In this document: positions 45,001 to 54,832 of the stretch, piece by piece
Layout: each line of letters starts with the position of its first letter
Position numbering within the stretch: the stretch's first letter is position 1
Source: Eledone cirrhosa
Taxonomy: Eukaryota
Length of the DNA stretch: 64,000 nucleotides
NCBI GenBank assembly: GCA_964016885.1
Contig: OZ024745.1
Coordinates: 31,806,001-31,870,000 of the forward strand
Direction: 5' to 3'
Program-made: the position numbers and the translations under genes
The notes under the pieces: model-generated
Told to the model about the DNA's origin: nothing
Seen by the model: the letters and a program-made list of their open reading frames with translations, nothing else
Databases searched by the model: none

Positions 45001-48000
45001 ACTGAGACAACCCAAGGCCAGGATATCCACCGTCTCTAGTACCTACCGTTAAGCCACTGAGACAACCCAAGTCCAGGATATCCACCATCTCTAGTACCTA
45101 CCGTTAAGCCACTGAGACAACCCAAGGCCACGATATCCACCGTCTCTAGTACCTACCGTTAAGTCACTGAGACAACCCAAGGCCACGATATCCACCGTCT
45201 CTAGTACCTACCGTTAAGTCACTGAGACAACCCAAGGCCAGGATATCCACCGTCTCTAGTACCTACCGTTAAGTCACTGAGACAACCCAAGGCCACGATA
45301 TCCACCGTCTCTAGTACCTACCGTTAAGTCACTGAGACAACCCAAGGCCACGATATCCACCGTCTCTAGTACCTACCGTTAAGTCACTGAGACAACCCAA
45401 GGCCAGGATCTCCACCGTCTCTAGTACCTACCGTTAAGTCACTGAGACAACCCAAGGCCAGGATCTCCACCGTCTCTAGTACCTACCGTTAAGCCACTGA
45501 GACAACCCAAGGCCACGATATCCACCGTCTCTAGTACCTACCGTTAAGTCACTGAGACATCCCAAGGCCACGATATCCACCGTCTCTAGTACCTACCGTT
45601 AAGTCACTGAGACAACCCAAGGCCAGGATATCCACCGTCTCTAGTACCTACCGTTAAGCCACTGAGACAACCCAAGGCTAGGATCTCCACCGTCTCTAGT
45701 ACCTACCGTTAAGTCACTGAGACAACCCAAGGCCAGGATATCCACCGTCTCTAGTACCTACCGTTAAGTCACTGAGACATCCCAAGGCCACGATATCCAC
45801 CGTCTCTAGTACCTACCGTTAAGTCACTGAGACAACCCAAGGCCAGGATATCCACCGTCTCTAGTACCTACCGTTAAGTCACTGAGACAACCCAAGGCCA
45901 GGATATCCACCGTCTCTAGTACCTACCGTTAAGCCACTGAGACAACCCAAGGCTAGGATCTCCACCGTCTCTAGTACCTACCGTTAAGTCACTGAGACAA
46001 CCCAAGGCCAGGATATCCACCGTCTCTAGTACCTACCGTTAAGTCACTGAGACATCCCAAGGCCACGATATCCACCGTCTCTAGTACCTACCGTTAAGTC
46101 ACTGAGACAACCCAAGGCCAGGATATCCACCGTCTCTAGTACCTACCGTTAAGTCACTGAGACAACCCAAGGCCAGGATATCCACCGTCTCTAGTACCTA
46201 CCGTTAAGTCACTGAGACAACCCAAGGCCAGGATATCCACCGTCTCTAGTACCTACCGTTAAGTCACTGAGACAACCCAAGGCCAGGATATCCACCGTCT
46301 CTAGTACCTACCGTTAAGCCACTGAGACAACCCAAGGCCAGGATATCCACCGTCTCTAGTACCTACCGTTAAGTCACTGAGACAACCCAAGGCCAGGATA
46401 TCCACCGTCTCTAGTACCTACCGTTAAGTCACTGAGACAACCCAAGGCCAGGATATCCACCGTCTCTAGTACCTACCGTTAAGCCACTGAGACAACCCAA
46501 GGCCAGGATATCCACCGTCTCTAGTACCTACCGTTAAGTCACTGAGACAACCCAAGGCCAGGATATCCACCGTCTCTAGTACCTACCGTTAAGTCACTGA
46601 GACAACCCAAGGCCAGGATATCCACCGTCTCTAGTACCTACCGTTAAGCCACTGAGACAACCCAAGGCCAGGATATCCACCGTCTCTAGTACCTACCGTT
46701 AAGTCACTGAGACAACCCAAGGCCAGGATATCCACCGTCTCTAGTACCTACCGTTAAGCCACTGAGACAACCCAAGGCCAGGATATCCACCGTCTCTAGT
46801 ACCTACCGTTAAGTCACTGAGACAACCCAAGGCCAGGATATCCACCGTCTCTAGTACCTACCGTTAAGTCACTGAGACAACCCAAGGCCAGGATATCCAC
46901 CGTCTCTAGTACCTACCGTTAAGCCACTGAGACAACCCAAGGCCAGGATATCCACCGTCTCTAGTACCTACCGTTAAGTCACTGAGACAACCCAAGGCCA
47001 GGATATCCACCGTCTCTAGTACCTACCGTTAAGCCACTGAGACAACCCAAGGCCAGGATATCCACCGTCTCTAGTACCTACCGTTAAGTCACTGAGACAA
47101 CCCAAGGCCAGGATATCCACCGTCTCTAGTACCTACCGTTAAGTCACTGAGACAACCCAAGGCCAGGATATCCACCGTCTCTAGTACCTACCGTTAAGTC
47201 ACTGAGACAACCCAAGGCCAGGATATCCACCGTCTCTAGTACCTACCGTTAAGCCACTGAGACAACCCAAGGCCAGGATATCCACCGTCTCTAGTACCTA
47301 CCGTTAAGTCACTGAGACAACCCAAGGCCAGGATATCCACCGTCTCTAGTACCTACCGTTAAGTCACTGAGACAACCCAAGGCCAGGATATCCACCGTCT
47401 CTAGTACCTACCGTTAAGTCACTGAGACAACCCAAGGCCAGGATATCCACCGTCTCTAGTACCTACCGTTAAGTCACTGAGACAACCCAAGGCCATGATA
47501 TCCACCGTCTCTAGTACCTACCGTTAAGTCACTGAGACAACCCAAGGCCACGATATCCACCGTCTCTAGTACCTACCGTTAAGCCACTGAGACAACCCAA
47601 GGCCAGGATATCCACCGTCTCTAGTACCTACCGTTAAGTCACTGAGACAACCCAAGGCCAGGATCTCCACCGTCTCTAGTACCTACCGTTAAGTCACTGA
47701 GACAACCCAAGACCACGATCTCCACCGTCTCTAGTACCTACCGTTAAGTCACTGAGACAACCCAAGGCCAGGATCTCCACCGTCTCTAGTACCTACCGTT
47801 AAGTCACTGAGACAACCCAAGGCCACGATCTCCACCGTCTCTAGTACCTACCGTTAAGTCACTGAGACAACCCAAGGCCAGGATCTCCACCGTCTCTAGT
47901 ACCTACCGTTAAGCCACTGAGACAACCCAAGGCCACGATCTCCACCGTCTCTAGTACCTACCGTTAAGCCACTGAGACAACCCAAGGCCAGGATCTCCAC

Positions 48001-51000
48001 CGTCTCTAGTACCTACCGTTAAGTCACTGAGACAACCCAAAGCCACGATCTCCACTGTCTCTAGTACCTACCGTTAAGTCACTGAGACAACCCAAGGCCA
48101 CGATCTCCACCGTCTCTAGTACCTACCGTTAAGCCACTGAGACAACCCAAGGCCACGATATCCACCGTCTCTAGTACCTACCGTTAGGCCACTGAGACAA
48201 CCCAAGGCCAGGATATCCACCGTCTCTAGTACCTACCGTTAAGCCACTGAGACAACCCAAAGCCACGATCTCCACCGTCTCTAGTACCTACCGTTAAGCC
48301 ACTGAGACAACCCAAGGCCACGATCTCCACCGTCTCTAGTACCTACCGTTAAGTCACTGAGACAACCCAAGGCCACGATCTCCACCGTCTCTAGTACCTA
48401 CCGTTAAGCCACTGAGACAACCCAAAGCCACGATATCCACCGTCTCTAGTACCTACCGTTAAGTCACTGAGACAACCCAAGGCCACGATCTCCACCGTCT
48501 CTAGTACCTACCGTTAAGTCACTGAGACAACCCAAGGCCAGGATATCCACCGTCTCTAGTACCTACCGTTAAGTCACTGAGACAACCCAAGGCCACGATC
48601 TCCACCGTCTCTAGTACCTACCGTTAAGCCACTGAGACAACCCAAGGCCTCGATATCTACCGTCTCTAGTACCTACCGTTAAGTCACTGAGACAACCCAA
48701 GGCCACGATCTCCACCGTCTCTAGTACCTACCGTTAAGTCACTGAGACAACCCAAGGCCAGGATATCCACCGTCGCTAGTACCTACCGTTAAGCCACTGA
48801 GACAACCCAAGGCCAGGATATCCACCATCTCTAGTACCTACCGTTAAGCCACTGAGACAACCCAAGGCCACGATCTCCACCGTCTCTAGTACCTACCGTT
48901 AAGTCACTGAGACAACCCAAGGCCAGGATCTCCACCGTCTCTAGTACCTACCGTTAAGTCACTGAGACAACCCAAGGCCAGGATCTCCACCGTCTCTAGT
49001 ACCTACCGTTAAGCCACTGAGACAACCCAAGGCCACGATATCCACCGTCTCTATTACCTACCGTTAAGTCACTGAGACAACCCAAGGCCAGGATATCCAC
49101 CGTCTCTAGTACCTACCGTTAAGCCACTGAGACAACCCAAGTCCAGGATATCCACCATCTCTAGTACCTACCGTTAAGCCACTGAGACAACCCAAGGCCA
49201 CGATATCCACCGTCTCTAGTACCTACCGTTAAGTCACTGAGACAACCCAAGGCCACGATATCCACCGTCTCTAGTACCTACCGTTAAGTCACTGAGACAA
49301 CCCAAGGCCAGGATATCCACCGTCTCTAGTACCTACCGTTAAGTCACTGAGACAACCCAAGGCCACGATATCCACCGTCTCTAGTACCTACCGTTAAGTC
49401 ACTGAGACAACCCAAGGCCACGATATCCACCGTCTCTAGTACCTACCGTTAAGTCACTGAGACAACCCAAGGCCAGGATCTCCACCGTCTCTAGTACCTA
49501 CCGTTAAGTCACTGAGACAACCCAAGGCCAGGATCTCCACCGTCTCTAGTACCTACCGTTAAGCCACTGAGACAACCCAAGGCCACGATATCCACCGTCT
49601 CTAGTACCTACCGTTAAGTCACTGAGACAACCCAAGGCCAGGATATCCACCGTCTCTAGTACCTACCGTTAAGCCACTGAGACAACCCAAGGCCAGGATA
49701 TCCACCATCTCTAGTACCTACCGTTAAGCCACTGAGACAACCCAAGGCCACGATATCCACCGTCTCTAGTACCTACCGTTAAGTCACTGAGACATCCCAA
49801 GGCCACGATATCCACCGTCTCTAGTACCTACCGTTAAGTCACTGAGACAACCCAAGGCCAGGATATCCACCGTCTCTAGTACCTACCGTTAAGCCACTGA
49901 GACAACCCAAGGCTAGGATCTCCACCGTCTCTAGTACCTACCGTTAAGCCACTGAGACAACCCAAGGCCAGGATATCCACCGTCTCTAGTACCTACCGTT
50001 AAGTCACTGAGACAACCCAAGGCCAGGATATCCACCGTCTCTAGTACCTACCGTTAAGTCACTGAGACAACCCAAGGCCAGGATATCCACCGTCTCTAGT
50101 ACCTACCGTTAAGTCACTGAGACAACCCAAGGCCACGATATCCACCGTCTCTAGTACCTACCGTTAAGCCACTGAGACAACCCAAGGCCAGGATATCCAC
50201 CGTCTCTAGTACCTACCGTTAAGTCACTGAGACAACCCAAGGCCAGGATCTCCACCGTCTCTAGTACCTACCGTTAAGTCACTGAGACAACCCAAGACCA
50301 GGATCTCCACCGTCTCTAGTACCTACCGTTAAGTCACTGAGACAACCCAAGGCCAGGATCTCCACCGTCTCTAGTACCTACCGTTAAGCCACTGAGACAA
50401 CCCAAGGCCACGATCTCCACCGTCTCTAGTACCTACCGTTAAGTCACTGAGACAACCCAAAGCCACGATCTCCACTGTCTCTAGTACCTACCGTTAAGTC
50501 ACTGAGACAACCCAAGGCCACGATCTCCACCGTCTCTAGTACCTACCGTTAAGCCACTGAGACAACCCAAGGCCACGATATCCACCGTCTCTAGTACCTA
50601 CCGTTAGGCCACTGAGACAACCCAAGGCCACGATCTCCACCGTCTCTAGTACCTACCGTTAAGTCACTGAGACAACCCAAGGCCAGGATATCCACCGTCT
50701 CTAGTACCTACCGTTAAGTCACTGAGACAACCCAAGGCCACGATATCCACCGTCTCTAGTACCTACCGTTAGGCCACTGAGACAACCCAAGGCCACGATC
50801 TCCACCGTCTCTAGTACCTACCGTTAAGCCACTGAGACAACCCAAGGCCACGATATCCACCGTCTCTAGTACCTACCGTTAAGTCACTGAGACAACCCAA
50901 GGCCACGATCTCCACCGTCTCTAGTACCTACCGTTAAGTCACTGAGACAACCCAAGGCCAGGATATCCACCGTCTCTAGTACCTACCGTTAAGTCACTGA

Positions 51001-51556
51001 GACAACCCAAGGCCACGATATCCACCGTCTCTAGTACCTACCGTTAAGCCACTGAGACAACCCAAGGCCACGATATCCACCGTCTCTAGTACCTACCGTT
51101 AAGTCACTGAGACAACCCAAGGCTAGGATATCCACCGTCTCTAGTACCTACCGTTAAGTCACTGAGACAACCCAAGGCCAGGATATCCACCGTCTCTAGT
51201 ACCTACCGTTAAGCCACTGAGACAACCCAAGGCCACGATATCCACCGTCTCTAGTACCTACCGTTAAGCCACTGAGACAACCCAAGGCCACGATATCCAC
51301 CGTCTCTAGTACCTACCGTTAAGCCACTGAGACAACCCAAGGCCACGATATCCACCGTCTCTAGTACCTACCGTTAAGCCACTGAGACAACCCAAGGCCA
51401 CGATATCCACCGTCTCTAGTACCTACCGTTAAGCCACTGAGACAACCCAAGGCCACGATATCCACCGTCTCTAGTACCTACCGTTAAGCCACTGAGACAA
51501 CCCAAGGCCACGATATCCACCGTCTCTAGTACCTACCGTTAAGTCACTGAGACAAC
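1..51556. repeat. 55-bp satellite DNA array, ~937 monomers, open at the left window edge
   Basis: Monomer CCGTTARGYYACTGAGACAACCCAAGGCYASGATMTCCACCGTCTCTAGTACCTA. The same phase recurs every 660 bp (12 monomers) from 1 to 51481. The last partial unit ends at GAGACAAC (51556). Confidence 0.99.
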
Positions 51557-51738
51557 TGCAAAAATCTTATGAAAATTCATACTTATAAACCTACTTTCAA
51601 CATTTTGAAAACAAAATGATGTGATGTCGTTGACCAAATGCTTTGCTTAATTGTTTTATTTATTTTTTTTTAAATGTGCTTCTTTCTCTTAGACTTCAGG
51701 TATTTTTTGAAAGGTAAGCATTGGCCCCTAAAATATTA

Positions 51739-51792
51739 CAGTGGGCCGCCTGGGGCCCACTAGCCATTGGGCAACCTGGCAAGTCCGCCACT
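51739..51792. mobile_element. Probable DNA-transposon (hAT-like MITE) terminus
   Basis: GC-rich island ending GGCAAGTCCGCCACT (reverse complement AGTGGCGGACTTGCC), with an internal AGTGGGCC/GGCCCACT dyad. It resembles CAGTGGCGGA-type TIRs. No partner TIR or TSD is seen in the window. Confidence 0.4.
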
Positions 51793-51823
51793 TTATATAT
51801 ATATGTGTGTCTGTGTGTGTGAG

Positions 51824-51928
51824 AACATATCTGAGGAGCTTCCGACTCCAGAGTCAGGAACGAACATTATTCGATCGTTCCTCGAGCTGATCGGCAGTGA
51901 AACATATGTAATATGTAATTAAATATGT
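51824..51928 (+). ncRNA. Type I hammerhead ribozyme (Penelope-like-element style) with long stem II
   Basis: Core CUGAGGA at 51831-51837. Stem II GCUUCCGA/UCGGCAGU (51838-45/51891-98) encloses AGGAACGA/UCGUUCCU. GAAA at 51899-51902. Stem III ACAUAU-GUA-AUAUGU. GUA cleavage triplet ends at 51917. Weak stem I, ACAUAU with AUUAAAUAUGU. Confidence 0.7.
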
Positions 51929-51961
51929 ATATGATGCAATACTGATTCTTTGTTTCCTATG

Positions 51962-51964
<3 letters not shown>

Positions 51965-51993
<29 letters not shown>
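51965..51993. repeat. (TA)n microsatellite
   Basis: Direct reading. Confidence 0.95.
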
Positions 51994-51998
<5 letters not shown>

Positions 51999-52683
51999 AC
52001 GTTAAGAATGGCGTTCGTGAAAGTGAAAGTAAATTTTCTGACAAGTGAATTTGTTTTTTTTGTTTTTTTACAATGAAAGTTACGATACACATATTTCTTA
52101 AAATATATATATGTGTGGGTGTGTATATGTGTGTATATATGTGTGTACACTGTGAATTTGTTTGTTTATTTACAACAGGTCTCTATAGTGATATGGTGTT
52201 AATTAGTATTGCGTGTGTGATTATTTTTTCTTTTTCTTTTTTTGTGTATTGTGTGTACGGAAATTTTTTTTTAAATAATGACATTGTGTGTTTTTAAATA
52301 GCAAGATATTACAAAAACATCTAAACGATGATGATGACACAAACACATATATATATACAAACACACATATATATATACATACAGACACACATATATATAC
52401 ACACATATACACACCCACACATATATATATAAGAAAAATAATCACACACGCAATACTAATTAACACCATATCACTATAGAGACCTGTTGTAAATAAACAA
52501 ACAAATTCACAGTGTACACACACATATATACACACATATACACACCCACACATATATATATTTTAAGAAATCCATACAATTGCGTGTGTATCGTAACTTT
52601 CATTGTAAAAAAAAAAAAAAAAAAAATTTCACTTGTCAGAAAATTTACTTTCACTTTCACGAACGCCATTCTTAACGTATGCC
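51994..52683. mobile_element. Foldback/MITE-like element with ~240-250 bp terminal inverted repeats, inserted in (TA)n
   Basis: Left arm 51994-52232 (GGCATACGTTAAGAATGGCG...) is the reverse complement of right arm 52431-52683 (...CGCCATTCTTAACGTATGCC). The spacer is ~200 bp and both flanks are TA runs. Confidence 0.85.
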
Positions 52684-52813
52684 TATATATATATTATCAA
52701 ACAGAAAATTATTTGTCACTGATATACAGAAAATATCACTTAGAGAATTATATAAACATATATAGAATTTATATTATAATATAAGTGCTGTCTATCCGTC
52801 CGTACGCTCACTT

Positions 52814-52990
52814 TATATAGAGAGGGGGAGTGCCAAGCGAGAGATATGTACATAGATAGAGAAAAGGGAACGCCGTGTGTTTTCCCGGTGACAGAAAGAG
52901 ATAGATAGACAGAAAATCACGACGTTACCCTCATCTATATATAGAGGGGAGCGCCAAGCGAGAAATATGTACAAAAAATAGAGAGAGAAC
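52814..52990 (+). repeat. Diverged ~55-60 bp direct repeat pair
   Basis: TATAGAGAGGGGGAGTGCCAAGCGAGAGATATGTACA near 52816 and TATAGAGGGGAGCGCCAAGCGAGAAATATGTACA near 52940. Confidence 0.75.
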
Positions 52991-53244
52991 TTGTACAAAG
53001 TTAGCTCAAGGCAGATTCCTGGTAGAGTGATCTAAAATAAGCCTACTCTAAGGTAACTTAGTATAAGTTATTCTATATGTATAGATAGATACACACATGC
53101 ATAAAGGAAACAATTTTTACTTTGAGTAGCCTCCCTTTAGAAATATTCTTTTTACTTTGTATATATTTACACACACACGTATGTGTGTAGTAAAATACCG
53201 ATGGATGTGAAAAAGGAAAACAGTGCTTAATCAGGTGTGAGAGC

Positions 53245-53303
53245 CTTGAAACCTTAGATCACGTTTTTGTTCACAGAACAAAAACGTGATCTAAGGTTTC
53301 AAG
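53245..53303. repeat. Perfect 28-bp inverted repeat with 3-nt loop
   Basis: CTTGAAACCTTAGATCACGTTTTTGTTC-ACA-GAACAAAAACGTGATCTAAGGTTTCAAG. Confidence 0.95.
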
Positions 53304-53924
53304 ACCCAATTTTAACCATATCCCCAGATATTAAATGGGATCAAATTTGTGACCAAATATTTAGGCGCTTGGACGAGTGTAAATTTGAGATGGCTCGCAG
53401 ATGTGACGTGGACGAATTGAGAGGGACTCTGTACGGGTGGAATCTAATGTGGTGTGCAATGGGAACAACTGTAAATGGTATGGACGTGGAGGATGACAGC
53501 TGTATAGGAAGGTATGGAGAGGTGTCAGTGGGTGGGATTTGTGGAATTATGGTTTTCCACCCTTCCTCTCATCCTTTATCTCCCCCATATCACCCTTTTG
53601 AATCCATGAATTTATACTTCTCATACCCAACACCACCGTCGCTCTTGAGAATCTCCTCTTACCTTCATTGTACCTATAACCGCTCTACTTAGGATCACGC
53701 CACTCCCGCCCTCTTATCACATTTTCAAACCACACCGCACCTCTCCTATACCTATGACGCACTCTCTTCAACTTCCTTCTACACAACATCACTTGAACCT
53801 GTCAAAGCTCCACCTTTTATTACTCACCTATGATATATATAAATATATAATATCCGTCTTACCTCCCCATCCCATTCCCACCCTATGACTAACAAACTTC
53901 TTCGTGCTTGTGTTATGATAAAAT

Positions 53925-54098
53925 GTACCAGGCATACCCTGTAAAGTGGTTGGCGTCATAAAAGGTTTCTGGCTATAGAAACCATGCCAAAAAGTGTTGA
54001 AAGGACACCCGAGTCGCGACGATAACCACACCTAGTACATTCTGTGAAGTGGTTGGTGATAGAAAGGGCATCCAGCCATAGAAAACCTGCCAAACAAA
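53925..54098 (+). mobile_element. Two tandem fragments of a SINE central domain (Meta-domain-like)
   Basis: AAGTGGTTGGCGTCATAAAAGG...TAGAAACCATGCCAAA and AAGTGGTTGGTGATAGAAAGGGCATCCAGCCATAGAAAACCTGCCAAA, ~100 bp apart. Family assignment is from recall only. Confidence 0.5.
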
Positions 54099-54604
54099 GG
54101 GTCAGGAGGACACTTGAATAGTGTCAAAGACATGACAACCTCCCTAATACTAGTACCACGATAAAACATTCACAGAACGCGGGAACGTATATAAGCGAGA
54201 TGGTCAGTGATTCTAGTAATGGGTGTTAGATAGAGACTACAATATATTTTTTTCAAACAGGCTCCTCTACCTAAAAGAATACTTTTCTGATCTCCGAAGG
54301 TCCGAACGCGTCATATATCCTAATGGGAGACGTCAATGCATATGTTGGCACTGATCACTTGACATGGAAATGAATGGTTGAAAGCAACTGCGGCTTGGTT
54401 TAAATGCTAACGGAAAGGCCTTATTAGATTTCTGTTATGGTAATGGTTCTCTATTATGAACACATTATTCCAGCACAGATATCCTTAAGTATACATGATA
54501 TAAAGGAAATTGGGGGCAGAAGTCAGTAATTTAGATTTTTTTTGTCTCTTAACTCTGTGCTGGATGTACGTCTTAAGAGAAGGGCTGGGCTGTCAACTGA
54601 TCAT

Positions 54605-54832
54605 GGGGTCGATAGAATAAAGTACCAGTAATACACTGATTTAATTGCTGGCCGTGTGCCGTGGCATAGTTACAGCCCTTTACGTTCTGAGTTCAAATAC
54701 CGCCGAGGTTAGCTTTGCCTTTCATCCCTACGGGGTCGATAAAATAAAGCACCAGTAACGTAGTGGGCTCCATTTAATCGACTCTTCCCTCCCCCAAAAA
54801 GTGTTGGCCTTGTGCCTAAATCAGAAACCATT
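54605..54832 (+). mobile_element. tRNA-derived CORE-type SINE (octopus-like), compound partial copies, inserted in the RTE endonuclease
   Basis: B-box-like GAGTTCAAATACC and CORE-like GCCTTTCATCCCTACGGGGTCGATAAAATAAAGCACCAG. A second GGGGTCGATAGAATAAAGTACCAG fragment sits at 54605. The insertion splits the LINE peptide STDH|YLVICSL. Confidence 0.8.

Noticed and set aside
1-51556. CRISPR array (GTT-starting hairpin repeat with regular period)
   Set aside because: No unique spacers (the linker is near-constant), no cas genes, and the context is eukaryotic.
1-51556. Hammerhead, twister or IRE inside the 55-bp monomer
   Set aside because: CTGAGA lacks the CUGANGA spacing and there is no GAAA. 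CCCAAGGCCAGGATA only superficially resembles twister, with no pseudoknot partners. CAGUG lacks the IRE upper stem.
1-51556. Repetitive protein-coding ORF
   Set aside because: The monomer length is not a multiple of 3, both strands carry stop codons, and the ORF track shows nothing here.
51854-52784. Short ORFs rich in Y/I/H/T/C/V
   Set aside because: Translations of TA/CA microsatellites and the foldback arms.
53267-53692. 141-aa ORF
   Set aside because: Non-ATG start inside a palindrome and no recognisable motif; probably decayed repeat sequence.
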